The notes: generated by a model not told the origin, from the letters alone. Shown: positions 1 to 8,577, numbered from the stretch's first letter. The stretch is DNA of 32,000 bases from Bdellovibrionales bacterium (GCA_965247685.1 OZ252021.1:1-32000); one strand, 5' to 3'. Translations and numbers: made by a program.

Positions 1-439
1 CGCAGTTATCTCTGAAACAATACTCAAAACCCTCAGAGCCTTTGATAGACACTTGAAGATCTTTTTCTTCAATAAGCTCCAGCTCTCGTTCTAGTTTTTG
101 CAAAAAAGAATTTTTCTTCGATTCTTTTTTAAGATTTTTTGTGGGTTTAGATCCTGCTTTTGTTTTAGTAACCTTTATTTTTCCTGTAATTTTTTTGGTT
201 GTAGCTTTTTTAGTTAAAGATTTTTTCTTTTTTGAAGCTGTTTTTTTTCTCACACTTTTTTGAGATGAAGCTTTCTTTTTTATGATCTTCTTTTTTGCGA
301 CAGTCTTCTTTTTTGCGGCAGTCTTCTTTTTTGCGACAGTCTTCTTTTTTGCGACAGTCTTCTTTTTTGTTTTTGGGACCACTTTTTTATTGGATTTCTT
401 TTTAGTTAAGTCTTTGGACTTGTTTTTTAATTTCTTCAC
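1..439 (-). CDS. Lysine-rich protein, N-terminal part (gene continues past the left edge); contains KKKTVA hexapeptide repeats; function unknown
   Basis: Not in the supplied ORF track. Hand translation of the minus strand: plus-strand triplets starting at position 2 contain no tta/cta/tca from 445 down to 1, and the in-frame stop is at 446-448. The first start candidate is GTG at 439-437; an alternative GTG is at 382. Product: VKKLKNKSKDLTKKKSNKKVVPKTKKKTVAKKKTVAKKKTAAKKKTVAKKKIIKKK...KNSFLQKLERELELIEEKDLQVSIKGSEGFEYCFRDNC. About 146 stop-free codons in an AT-rich genome is unlikely by chance. Confidence 0.55.
   Translation of the reverse strand, partial: MKKLKNKSKDLTKKKSNKKVVPKTKKKTVAKKKTVAKKKTAAKKKTVAKKKIIKKKASSQKSVRKKTASKKKKSLTKKATTKKITGKIKVTKTKAGSKPTKNLKKESKKNSFLQKLERELELIEEKDLQVSIKGSEGFEYCFRDNC
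285..368. repeat. 18-bp tandem repeat (gcgacagtcttctttttt), four full units plus a partial unit, in frame with the minus-strand lysine-rich CDS
   Basis: Units at 297-314, 315-332 (one A>G change), 333-350 and 351-368; partial unit at 285-296. Each 18-nt unit is 6 codons and encodes KKKTVA/KKKTAA on the minus strand. Confidence 0.9.
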
Positions 440-535
440 TGTAACTCATTCCCTATTTTTAAGGCAATATCATGCTATAACTTACCTTGAATCGTCAAGA
501 TGAGATATTCAAATTTCTTCTTAAGACCTAAGACT

Positions 536-563
536 TTGACTTTCCTCCTTGTACCAGTATCAT
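536..563 (+). promoter_or_regulatory. Candidate sigma-70 promoter TTGACT-16 nt-TATCAT directly in front of the ATG at 570 (possible leaderless mRNA)
   Basis: -35 TTGACT at 536-541, 16-nt spacer, -10 TATCAT at 558-563. The ATG at 570 lies 7 nt after the -10 and has no Shine-Dalgarno sequence in between. Promoter-like hexamers are common in AT-rich DNA, so confidence is low. Confidence 0.35.
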
Positions 564-569
564 GAAACG

Positions 570-929
570 ATGAAATATTTGCCACTCCTCTTCTTATGGG
601 TGCTTATTGTATCTTGTGCACCCCCACCAAGGCTTAGTTCTAAACCATTTGATTTGGAATCCCCTCATCTTGCGTATAAAGGCTCTTATCCTAAGTATAA
701 AATCCCCTATGATTTGGATAAACAACTTCAATTCTCCAAAGATTCTCCTAAAACTCAAGAAAAAGATTCTTTAGAAATTAGTAATTTTTTTAAACCTCCT
801 GACCTAGATGAACATCCATCCGATTTGATCAAGGAACGTGAGATAGCTCAAAGAGATCCTGAAGAATTTAAAGAGCAAATTAAAAGACTGGACAAACTTC
901 TCGAAAAACAAAAAAGAACTCGCCGTTAG
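570..929 (+). CDS. Small secreted lipoprotein, function unknown
   Basis: ORF track 549..929. The start is moved to the ATG at 570, giving MKYLPLLFLWVLIVSC with lipobox IVSC. The TTG at 549 lies inside the putative promoter spacer. The mature part is charged and low-complexity with a basic C-terminus (KQKRTRR). Confidence 0.6.
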   Translation: MKYLPLLFLWVLIVSCAPPPRLSSKPFDLESPHLAYKGSYPKYKIPYDLDKQLQFSKDSPKTQEKDSLEISNFFKPPDLDEHPSDLIKEREIAQRDPEEFKEQIKRLDKLLEKQKRTRR

Positions 930-996
930 GTGGACTTATTCCTATACCTAAAAATATACTGCTCAATTCATTAAAACTGTCGCAAAGCGTTAGTTC

Positions 997-1024
997 TTGA
1001 TTATTTGAAGAAGAATATTAAAAT
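997..1024 (+). promoter_or_regulatory. Candidate sigma-70 promoter TTGATT-16 nt-TAAAAT for the lipoprotein gene at 1053
   Basis: -35 at 997-1002 and -10 at 1019-1024, followed by AAGGAG (1041-1046) and the ATG at 1053. It overlaps the track's TTG start at 1005, which argues against that start. Confidence 0.3.
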
Positions 1025-1052
1025 TCTCATTAGCTTGTGTAAGGAGTTTATC

Positions 1053-1604
1053 ATGAAGTGGTCTATTATTTTATTTTTCACTCTTGCTCTCTGTGGATGT
1101 GGAGATACAGCAGCAGACGATGATAAGGGGCATCTAATCAAAGCCTTAGGAACAGGTATGGAAGAGGAACAAAACGAAACTCAAGAAACTACAACTCAAA
1201 AAAATGAAGCTCCAGAAGAAACTCCAACAGAAACTACAACTCAAGACGAAAAGATAGGAATATCTGACTTTATCTCCGTTGTCACCTCTCCTGATACTGT
1301 GAAATTTATTTCCAAAAGATATCGACACTCACAAGCGTGCCTGCGTGATTTTACAAAACCCTGCTTTTGTGAAATTTTTCAAGTGAACAGTAAAACCGTA
1401 GTAAAATATTCAAATCACAGCAGGGATCATTGCCACAACAAGGGCTTACTTGAAATTCAAAATGGCTACACATCCACTGAAACAAATCTCTACATTCAAG
1501 GTTATAAGGAAAAAGGCTACTCATGCCATGTGACTGAAGATGAGAGTGATGAAGAAAAGAATGTGACCTCAATAAGAAGACTCTTTTGCACCCCTCCTTC
1601 TTAA
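1053..1604 (+). CDS. Lipoprotein with an acidic Thr/Glu-rich linker and a Cys/His-containing C-terminal domain, function unknown
   Basis: ORF track 1005..1604. AAGGAG lies 6 nt before the ATG at 1053, giving MKWSIILFFTLALCGC (lipobox LCGC). The linker reads ...QNETQETTTQKNEAPEETPTETTTQDEK. The C-terminal part has six Cys and the segment HSRDHCHNKG. Confidence 0.65.
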   Translation: MKWSIILFFTLALCGCGDTAADDDKGHLIKALGTGMEEEQNETQETTTQKNEAPEETPTETTTQDEKIGISDFISVVTSPDTVKFISKRYRHSQACLRDFTKPCFCEIFQVNSKTVVKYSNHSRDHCHNKGLLEIQNGYTSTETNLYIQGYKEKGYSCHVTEDESDEEKNVTSIRRLFCTPPS

Positions 1605-1666
1605 AAATATTTCGATTGAAAATATCAAAAAAATTAGATATGTAACTTGAGGGAGTGATTTCTTAT

Positions 1667-2572
1667 ATGACACCACCTGTAAAAAAAATATTACAAAACT
1701 ATCTATCTCAGTCTGCTGGAGTGCGCGCTAACCTTTACCGTATCCTCAATCATGGTGTTCTTGCTGGAACAGGAAAGGCAGTGATATTGCCTGTCGATCA
1801 AGGTTTTGAACATGGACCTTCTAAAAGTTTTGCAGTCAATCCTGAAGCTTATGATCCTTTTTACCACGCAAAGCTTGCCATTGAATCGGGCTGCAATGCC
1901 TTTGCTGCTCCCCTAGGCTTTATCGAATCTGTAGCTCACGACTATGCTGGAGCTCTTCCTCTTATTTTAAAAATTAATAACTCAGACAGTTTATACAAAG
2001 ATGAGAAAGCACCTATTCCTGCTTTAACTTCTTCTGTGTCCACAGCATTAAAATTAGGCTGTGTGGGAATTGGCCTTACCATTTACCCTGCAAGCTCTCG
2101 TCGAAAGCAACAATACGAAGAAATTGCGGAAGCTATCGAGTATGCCAAAGATGTCGGTCTTGTTGTTGTGATATGGTCTTACCCTCGAGGAGAGGGAATT
2201 TCTCAGGAAGGACAAACAGCTTTAGATGTGGTCGCCTATGCCGCCCACATTGCCTGCCAGCTAGGAGCTCATATTGTCAAAGTGAAACCGCCGACCTCTC
2301 ATGTCGAAAAAGAAACTTCCATTATTAAAAATATTCCTACAAAAACTTTAAGTGATCGAGTGGCTCATGTGATTCAATCTGCTTTTAATGGCAGGCGTAT
2401 TGTGATCTTTAGCGGTGGAGCAAAAAAAAATGAGAGCGAACTTTTGACAGAAGTAGAAGAACTTAAACAAGGTGGAGCTTTTGGAAGTATTGTGGGACGC
2501 AATGCCTTTCAAAGACCTAAAAAAGAAGCCATTGTCCTTTTACAAAAAATAATGAACATTTATAAAAAATAA
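1667..2572 (+). CDS. Class I fructose-bisphosphate aldolase, DhnA/FbaB (DeoC/LacD-type) family
   Basis: ILPVDQGFEHGP near the N-terminus and a candidate Schiff-base lysine context (HIVKVKPP) are typical of DhnA-type class I aldolases. The ATG at 1667 is preferred over the GTG at 1655 because GAGGGAG (1649-1655) overlaps the GTG. Confidence 0.72.
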   Translation: MTPPVKKILQNYLSQSAGVRANLYRILNHGVLAGTGKAVILPVDQGFEHGPSKSFAVNPEAYDPFYHAKLAIESGCNAFAAPLGFIESVAHDYAGALPLILKINNSDSLYKDEKAPIPALTSSVSTALKLGCVGIGLTIYPASSRRKQQYEEIAEAIEYAKDVGLVVVIWSYPRGEGISQEGQTALDVVAYAAHIACQLGAHIVKVKPPTSHVEKETSIIKNIPTKTLSDRVAHVIQSAFNGRRIVIFSGGAKKNESELLTEVEELKQGGAFGSIVGRNAFQRPKKEAIVLLQKIMNIYKK

Positions 2573-2573
2573 T

Positions 2574-4007
2574 ATGAGTGAGAAGAAAAATAAAAGACAA
2601 CTTTTAATAGATAAAGGTCTTAATCCTTATCCTATTAATTTCAAAAAAAATACTACAACTCAGCAAATTGCTCAGTCAAAATTAAAAATAGATCAAAAAG
2701 GAACTCTGGCCGGCCGCCTGATGCGTATTCGTCAAATGGGAAAAGCTTCTTTTTTTAATATTCAAGATGAATCAGGCCAATGTCAATGCTATGTCAAATC
2801 TCAAGACCTTTCTAAAGAAGATCAAATCTTTTTTGATCTCGTAGACATTGGAGATTTTATCGGTGTCACTGGAAAATTTTTCACTACAAAAAAAGGAGAG
2901 CCCACTTTAAGAGTGAATCAATTTAAAATTTTATGTAAAACAACAGAGCTTCTTCCTGAAAAATATCACGGTTTAGAAAATAAAGAACTTCGTTATCGTC
3001 ATCGCCATCTAGATCTGATTATGAATAAAAAAAGTCGTGACACTTTACTGACTCGCTCTCGAGTGATTCGATTTATTCGGGAATACATGAACAATCGTGG
3101 TTTTATTGAAGTGGAAACACCTGTTCTTCAACCGATTTACGGTGGAGCAGCAGCCCAACCTTTTTCAACGATCCATAACACACTCAACGTTCCATTTTAT
3201 TTAAAAATTTCTCCTGAACTTTATCTTAAAAGATTAATCGCAGGAGGATTCGAGAAGGTCTATGAAATTGGAAAAAATTTCAGAAACGAGGGAATGGATC
3301 GATTACACAATCCTGAGTTTACCATGATGGAGTATTACGAAGCTTACACAGACTATGAAGATCAAATGAAAGAATTTGAAAAACTGATACTTCATGTCGT
3401 TCAAACTATTAAAGGTAGTTCACAAATATCTTATCAAGGAAAAACTCTCGACTTTTCTACACCTTGGAGGCAGATAAGTATACAAGAGGGTATTAAGGAG
3501 CATGTAGGGATAGATATTTATTCTTCTTCTCAAAAAGAAATTATTCAAAAACTTAAAGAACTCAATATAGAGTACAATCCTCAATCCGGCTTTGGTGAAC
3601 TCATCATGACTTTATTTGAAGAATCTGTAGAAAAACATATCTGGAATCCCTGCTTTATTAAGGATTTCCCTCGTGATATCTCCCCTTTAACTAAAGACCA
3701 TCGAAATATAAAAGGTTTTGTGGAACGTTTTGAACCTTATGCTGCAGGAATGGAATTAGGAAATGCCTATTCGGAGCTGAATGATCCCATCGACCAACAT
3801 CAACGGCTCAAAGAACAAACTCGTGTCACAGAAGAAAATACACACCCTATGGATCATGACTTCCTTCATGCGGTCGGCGTTGGTATGCCTCCTATGGGCG
3901 GTGTAGGACTGGGAATTGATCGGCTCATTATGCTTCTCACTGATCAAAGCAGTATTCGTGAAGTTATTTGGTTTCCGACAGTCAAAAGCTCAGAAAATAA
4001 AGAGTGA
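2574..4007 (+). CDS. lysS: Lysine--tRNA ligase (class II)
   Basis: Class II aaRS motifs FRNEG, NPEFTMMEYYEAY and GLGIDRLIMLLT; N-terminal OB-fold region; length 477 aa. The start is 1 nt after the aldolase stop. Confidence 0.95.
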   Translation: MSEKKNKRQLLIDKGLNPYPINFKKNTTTQQIAQSKLKIDQKGTLAGRLMRIRQMGKASFFNIQDESGQCQCYVKSQDLSKEDQIFFDLVDIGDFIGVTGKFFTTKKGEPTLRVNQFKILCKTTELLPEKYHGLENKELRYRHRHLDLIMNKKSRDTLLTRSRVIRFIREYMNNRGFIEVETPVLQPIYGGAAAQPFSTIHNTLNVPFYLKISPELYLKRLIAGGFEKVYEIGKNFRNEGMDRLHNPEFTMMEYYEAYTDYEDQMKEFEKLILHVVQTIKGSSQISYQGKTLDFSTPWRQISIQEGIKEHVGIDIYSSSQKEIIQKLKELNIEYNPQSGFGELIMTLFEESVEKHIWNPCFIKDFPRDISPLTKDHRNIKGFVERFEPYAAGMELGNAYSELNDPIDQHQRLKEQTRVTEENTHPMDHDFLHAVGVGMPPMGGVGLGIDRLIMLLTDQSSIREVIWFPTVKSSENKE

Positions 4008-4010
4008 TTA

Positions 4011-6068
4011 ATGAGATCTGAAGAATTTCTTGAAACATCTTTGCAATTTGTTAAAGGTGTAGGACCTCACCTTGCAGAACGGTTGTTTAAAAAAAATCTC
4101 CACAAAATAGAAGACCTACTTCACTTTTACCCTCGTGCTTATCATCATGTTCAAGCTGTTCAAAATGTTCAAGAATTGCATGAGGGTCAGCATGCTATTT
4201 TAAAAGGAGAAATTTTTAGAAAAAACATTATTCAAAGATCTAAAAGATCGTCCTTATATGTTGTTATGCTCAGAACGCATGACCAAGATTTCGTAACTTT
4301 AAAATACTTTAAGCTTCCTTATAAAGGATTTTTCGACTCCATCGAAATAGGTCAGAATGTTCAAGTTTATGGAGAAGTTTTTTCTTATAACGGAAAAATG
4401 GAATTTCATCATCCTGAGTTTTTACCTATAGATTACAAAATGGAGACTGGAGTGATTCCCGTTTACTCTGAAATAGAGGGAGTCAGCAATCAAAAACATT
4501 CTAAAATACTCCATACTATTTTTCAGATGATAGAAAGTAATGACCACAATGTGAATTTTTTACCAGAATGGATGTTGGAAAAATTTAATCTTATGAATAC
4601 TTTTGAAAGTTTAAAAGATATTCATAACCCCTCTCAAGCTGAACCTGATCTTTATTTAAAACACCAAGCCCCTTGTCAAAAGACACTCATTTTTGAAGAG
4701 CTTTTTAAATTACAGCTTCATTTATGTCTGAAGAAAAAAAGAATTAAAAATCGATCATCTTATCCTATTCACTCCGAAGGACGACTTTCTAAACAACTGA
4801 TTCAATCTTTGCCCTTCTCTCTCACTCATGCCCAACAAAGGGTTTTTCAAGAAATCACAGATCAGATCAAACACCCCCACCCGATGTATCGATTAATTCA
4901 AGGTGATGTAGGTTGTGGAAAAACACTCATTGCATTTCTTTCTTCATGTCAAGTGATTGAAAGTGGGTATCAATGTGCTTTTATGGTACCTACAGAAATT
5001 CTAGCAGAACAACATTTTAAACAAGCACGATTGAGATTAAAGGATTTATCTATTCAACTTCTCACCTCTAAAGTGAAAAATAAAAAAACTATTTTAAAAT
5101 CTATTGAAACTGGAGAGTGTCAGCTTTGTATTGGAACTCACGCTCTTTTACAAGAGTCGGTAAAGTTTAAAAATTTAGGATTAGTGATCATTGATGAGCA
5201 ACATCGATTTGGAGTGTATCAAAGGCACTCTTTAGCAGAAAAAGGCAACACTCCTCATTGCTTAGTTATGACAGCCACTCCGATTCCACGAACTTTATCA
5301 ATGACTCTTTATGGAGATTTAGATATTTCCATTGTGAATGAAATGCCTCCAGGGCGTCAGCCTATCGTCACAAAAAAAACGAGAAAGAGAAAAGAAGTCT
5401 TTGAGTTTTTAGAAAAAGAAGTTTCTAAAGGCCGTCAAGCTTATGTTGTTTATCCTTTAATCGAAGAAAGTGAAAAAATGGATTTAAAAAATGCAACAGA
5501 GCAGTTTGAAAAATTGAAAAACAGTTTTCCTCATATTCGCTGGGCTTTACTGCATGGTCAGATGAAGACTGAGGAAAAATCTCAAGTAATGAAAGATTTT
5601 ATTTCGAATAAAATTCAAGTGCTTGTGACCACCACAGTGATTGAGGTCGGGGTCGATGTTCCGAATGCTACTTTGATGATTGTAGAGCATAGTGAAAGGT
5701 TTGGTCTTTCTCAACTTCATCAACTCAGAGGACGGATAGGAAGAGGATCGGAAAAAAGTTATTGTGTTTTGATTTTAGGAGATAGAGTTTCTAAAGAATC
5801 TTATATGAGAGCAGTCGTAATGGAGAAATACTTGGATGGCTTTCAAATTGCAGAGGAGGATTTAAAATTGAGAGGAGCGGGTGAAATATTTGGAACAAAG
5901 CAGTCCGGAGATTTGAATTTTAAAATTGCAAACTTTATCCGTGATGTGGAAATTCTTCAACAGGCAAGAAAGGTCGCCACTGATCTGTTGGAAAGTGATC
6001 CTTTATTGGAGAAAAATCCAATATTGAAAAAAGAAATGGAAAAAGTATCTAAAATTCGATTGATTTGA
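4011..6068 (+). CDS. recG: ATP-dependent DNA helicase RecG
   Basis: Walker A GDVGCGKT, DEQHRFG (DEAH-type box), TATPIPRTL and QLHQLRGRIGRG; N-terminal wedge region; 685 aa. The start is 3 nt after the lysS stop. Confidence 0.95.
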   Translation: MRSEEFLETSLQFVKGVGPHLAERLFKKNLHKIEDLLHFYPRAYHHVQAVQNVQELHEGQHAILKGEIFRKNIIQRSKRSSLYVVMLRTHDQDFVTLKYFKLPYKGFFDSIEIGQNVQVYGEVFSYNGKMEFHHPEFLPIDYKMETGVIPVYSEIEGVSNQKHSKILHTIFQMIESNDHNVNFLPEWMLEKFNLMNTFESLKDIHNPSQAEPDLYLKHQAPCQKTLIFEELFKLQLHLCLKKKRIKNRSSYPIHSEGRLSKQLIQSLPFSLTHAQQRVFQEITDQIKHPHPMYRLIQGDVGCGKTLIAFLSSCQVIESGYQCAFMVPTEILAEQHFKQARLRLKDLSIQLLTSKVKNKKTILKSIETGECQLCIGTHALLQESVKFKNLGLVIIDEQHRFGVYQRHSLAEKGNTPHCLVMTATPIPRTLSMTLYGDLDISIVNEMPPGRQPIVTKKTRKRKEVFEFLEKEVSKGRQAYVVYPLIEESEKMDLKNATEQFEKLKNSFPHIRWALLHGQMKTEEKSQVMKDFISNKIQVLVTTTVIEVGVDVPNATLMIVEHSERFGLSQLHQLRGRIGRGSEKSYCVLILGDRVSKESYMRAVVMEKYLDGFQIAEEDLKLRGAGEIFGTKQSGDLNFKIANFIRDVEILQQARKVATDLLESDPLLEKNPILKKEMEKVSKIRLI

Positions 6069-6269
6069 ATTCAAAATAAAACAATTAAACTAATCTCGAA
6101 TTATTCTAAAAATTGATTTGAATTCTGATTGATTCAGTAATCTCAATGATTAGACTCAGATATTTTGTAATTGTGGAAAAAGTTCTGTGACAGGAGTGAT
6201 ATTTACTTGAAATCCCATAAAAAGGAAAAAATCATTTCTCAATTTATTTTATTATAATGATCTATTTAA

Positions 6270-7337
6270 TTAAAAGAGATTATCGATTCTGTCTTCGTCG
6301 TGTAAATCATCACAACGATCATTCTTCGTTCTGCCTACAATGTCATCATAATTTTCTAAGTCATCAAAAATACCATCGGCAAAACTCCACATATCGCCTC
6401 CAAAAACATCATACTGGCAGTAAGTAGCCTGTAAACATTGTTTCACTTCAACCTCATCTTCATTTTCATCAGTCATATTTTTACAAAGCTCCACAAGAAT
6501 ACTATGTCCGTATTGAATAGCTTGATCATTTTCTTCGTCAATGGCATAGCTCATAAAGCGATCAGTACCAAAGTTTTCTGGTTCTGCTTCCATAAATTGA
6601 TACCAAGCTTGACCCCACAATTCGTCTGAACCTAAGTCTAAATCTCTAAGAAAAACACCCTGCTCACTATTTTTTACTTCTACACTAATGCCCCTATTAA
6701 CAACATCTGTAAGTTTTAAGCAAGTAGCATCATTGCTACAAAACTTATCTCTTTCAAATGCTGCAACATTTGCTAGAGTTGCACCAATACTATTAAAAAG
6801 TTCTATACCAAAATCAAGCATATCTTCACTTTCCACAAACACTTCCGAGACATCTTCATTTTCAGCAATCCATTGAAGTATCACTTCTGAGTTATCTTTT
6901 CTAGCTGCCCTAGTATCCCCCCATGCTTCATCGTTATAACCCACTCCTTCTCCTTCCGCAATCTTCACTAAAGTGGCTGAGCCTATCTCGACATAAGATC
7001 TCAAATCATCGGAATCAATATCTTCTAAATCATTTAAATCGATATCATCATCTAAAAGAACATCTGCCACTTTAGCAAGAGTGCTCACTTCTCTGTAGCT
7101 CATGTCATAACATTGAAATCTTTCGGATGTGGAGTCAAAAATGTCGTCACAAATATCTTCACAACTATCACGGCTCGCACAAGATCGAACGACGGGTTCA
7201 TCATCGTCGTCGTCACCACCATCGACTACTGATGGAAGCGGAACACTCGGGAAATTACAAGAGATGACCAAAAAAGCAGAGCATAATGAAAAAACAAAAA
7301 CAGAAAACACTATTTTCAAGATATATCGTATGTTCAT
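6270..7337 (-). CDS. Highly acidic, cysteine-containing lipoprotein, function unknown
   Basis: Signal peptide and lipobox: MNIRYILKIVFSVFVFSLCSAFLVISC. Acidic runs include DGGDDDDDEP and DDDIDLNDLEDIDSDD. There are ten Cys after the lipobox Cys. RBS GAAGGAAA lies upstream of the ATG at 7337. I recognise no family. Confidence 0.7.
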   Translation of the reverse strand: MNIRYILKIVFSVFVFSLCSAFLVISCNFPSVPLPSVVDGGDDDDDEPVVRSCASRDSCEDICDDIFDSTSERFQCYDMSYREVSTLAKVADVLLDDDIDLNDLEDIDSDDLRSYVEIGSATLVKIAEGEGVGYNDEAWGDTRAARKDNSEVILQWIAENEDVSEVFVESEDMLDFGIELFNSIGATLANVAAFERDKFCSNDATCLKLTDVVNRGISVEVKNSEQGVFLRDLDLGSDELWGQAWYQFMEAEPENFGTDRFMSYAIDEENDQAIQYGHSILVELCKNMTDENEDEVEVKQCLQATYCQYDVFGGDMWSFADGIFDDLENYDDIVGRTKNDRCDDLHDEDRIDNLF

Positions 7338-7383
7338 AAAAATTTTCCTTCTAAAATTATTCTATAAACCACATCGACATTTC

Positions 7384-7411
7384 AAAATACCTTCAGTAGG
7401 TATTTTGTCAA
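7384..7411 (-). promoter_or_regulatory. Candidate sigma-70 promoter TTGACA-16 nt-TATTTT for the acidic lipoprotein gene; the spacer is occupied by a perfect 9-bp inverted repeat (possible operator)
   Basis: On the minus strand the -35 TTGACA is at 7411-7406 and the -10 TATTTT at 7389-7384. The inverted repeat caaaatacc (7383-7391) / ggtattttg (7399-7407) has a 7-nt loop and spans the spacer and the -10. Confidence 0.35.
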
Positions 7412-7473
7412 TATTAAGAAAAAACAAGTCTATAGTCTTAATTTTTAGACCAAAAAACAATGAAAATAATACA

Positions 7474-8577
7474 CTAAAAGAGAAGTGAAAACTTATAAAG
7501 CCATGCTTCGGTAGATAGCACATACATTTCTTGAGAAAGAGAATCCACCACAGGCTCCACTGTTACACCATTAAATAAATCTAAACTGTGCACCAGCAAA
7601 CCGTTACTTACTCTGATAAAATTAAAATCTCCTTTAGATGTGCCGTAGATCAGAAAAGATTTGTAAAGAACAGGTCTCGTCGCCAATCCCTTCACCTGAT
7701 GAGTCCATAAAACCTCTCCTGAAAAACGATTCAACGCTACAATATTCCCCTTAGTCGAGGAATAATAAAGACGAGATCCACTCACAGTCGGAGCATTATG
7801 ACTTCCCTCTTTATATCGCCAAACTATGCGGCCTGTTTTTCTGTTCAAATTGTAAAGACCTCCATCGTAGCTTGCCACATAGATATGATCACCCTTTACC
7901 ACTGGAGAAACATCCACATCCTTAAATCGATGACTCTTCTTTGATAAAGAAACTCTCCAAACCCATTGACCTGTTTTTCTATTCAATGCCACAAATAAAC
8001 CATTTGAAAAACCTGCATACACAAAATTTCTATCCACTACTGGGCGACCTACTCCACGAATGCTCATCGTATGGGTAGAGTCCATCTTATATGTCCAAAA
8101 CTCCTGACCCGTTTTAATATCCAATGCATAAAGTTTATCTTTTGAAGTTAAGAAATAAATCACATTATCTTTTACAAAAGGTTCACCCAGATTTTCCACA
8201 CCTGTATAAAACTTCCAAAGCATCAAGCCTGTCTTTAATTCTAAACAATAAAAAAATCCATCCGATCCACCAAAGACCACACGATTATTTTTTACAACAA
8301 GACCACCTTCTACTCCTCCTAATACGGAAAAATACCACTGCAAATTACCGGTTTGACGATCATAAGCGCGCACTCCATATAAAGAATCGGGCTGCAACAC
8401 TAAATCCTGAGTGAGTAATGTTTTGGCTCTTTGTAAAACTCTAGTCCTCAAATAAGGCTTAGATAATGTGTTGAGCACCCATTTTTTTCTCACCTCTTCA
8501 CTAGAGATCATAGACTTCGACATATTTTGACAAGAAACACAAAAAACTAACAAAAATAATGAAAATAAAATTCTCAT
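7474..8577 (-). CDS. bamB: Outer membrane protein assembly factor BamB (PQQ-like beta-propeller lipoprotein)
   Basis: Lipoprotein signal MRILFSLFLLVFCVSC. Repeated propeller blades such as GGSDGFFYCLELKTGLMLWKF, KLYALDIKTGQEFWTY and GNIVALNRFSGEVLWTH. The ATG overlaps the stop of the upstream yfgM-like gene (ATGA at 8574-8577). Confidence 0.85.
   Translation of the reverse strand: MRILFSLFLLVFCVSCQNMSKSMISSEEVRKKWVLNTLSKPYLRTRVLQRAKTLLTQDLVLQPDSLYGVRAYDRQTGNLQWYFSVLGGVEGGLVVKNNRVVFGGSDGFFYCLELKTGLMLWKFYTGVENLGEPFVKDNVIYFLTSKDKLYALDIKTGQEFWTYKMDSTHTMSIRGVGRPVVDRNFVYAGFSNGLFVALNRKTGQWVWRVSLSKKSHRFKDVDVSPVVKGDHIYVASYDGGLYNLNRKTGRIVWRYKEGSHNAPTVSGSRLYYSSTKGNIVALNRFSGEVLWTHQVKGLATRPVLYKSFLIYGTSKGDFNFIRVSNGLLVHSLDLFNGVTVEPVVDSLSQEMYVLSTEAWLYKFSLLF

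Noticed and set aside
282-503. Plus-strand 73-aa ORF encoding a Phe-rich repeat (FFFATVFFFAAV...)
   Set aside because: It is the antisense reading of the lysine-rich minus-strand frame (AAA/AAG codons read as TTT/CTT). It has no RBS, and the longer edge-crossing minus-strand frame explains the repeat better.
1005-1052. TTG start of the 199-aa ORF; similarly the TTG at 549 and the GTG at 1655 for their ORFs
   Set aside because: Downstream ATGs (1053, 570, 1667) are better placed relative to RBS or promoter elements. For the two lipoproteins these ATGs give signal peptides of normal length.
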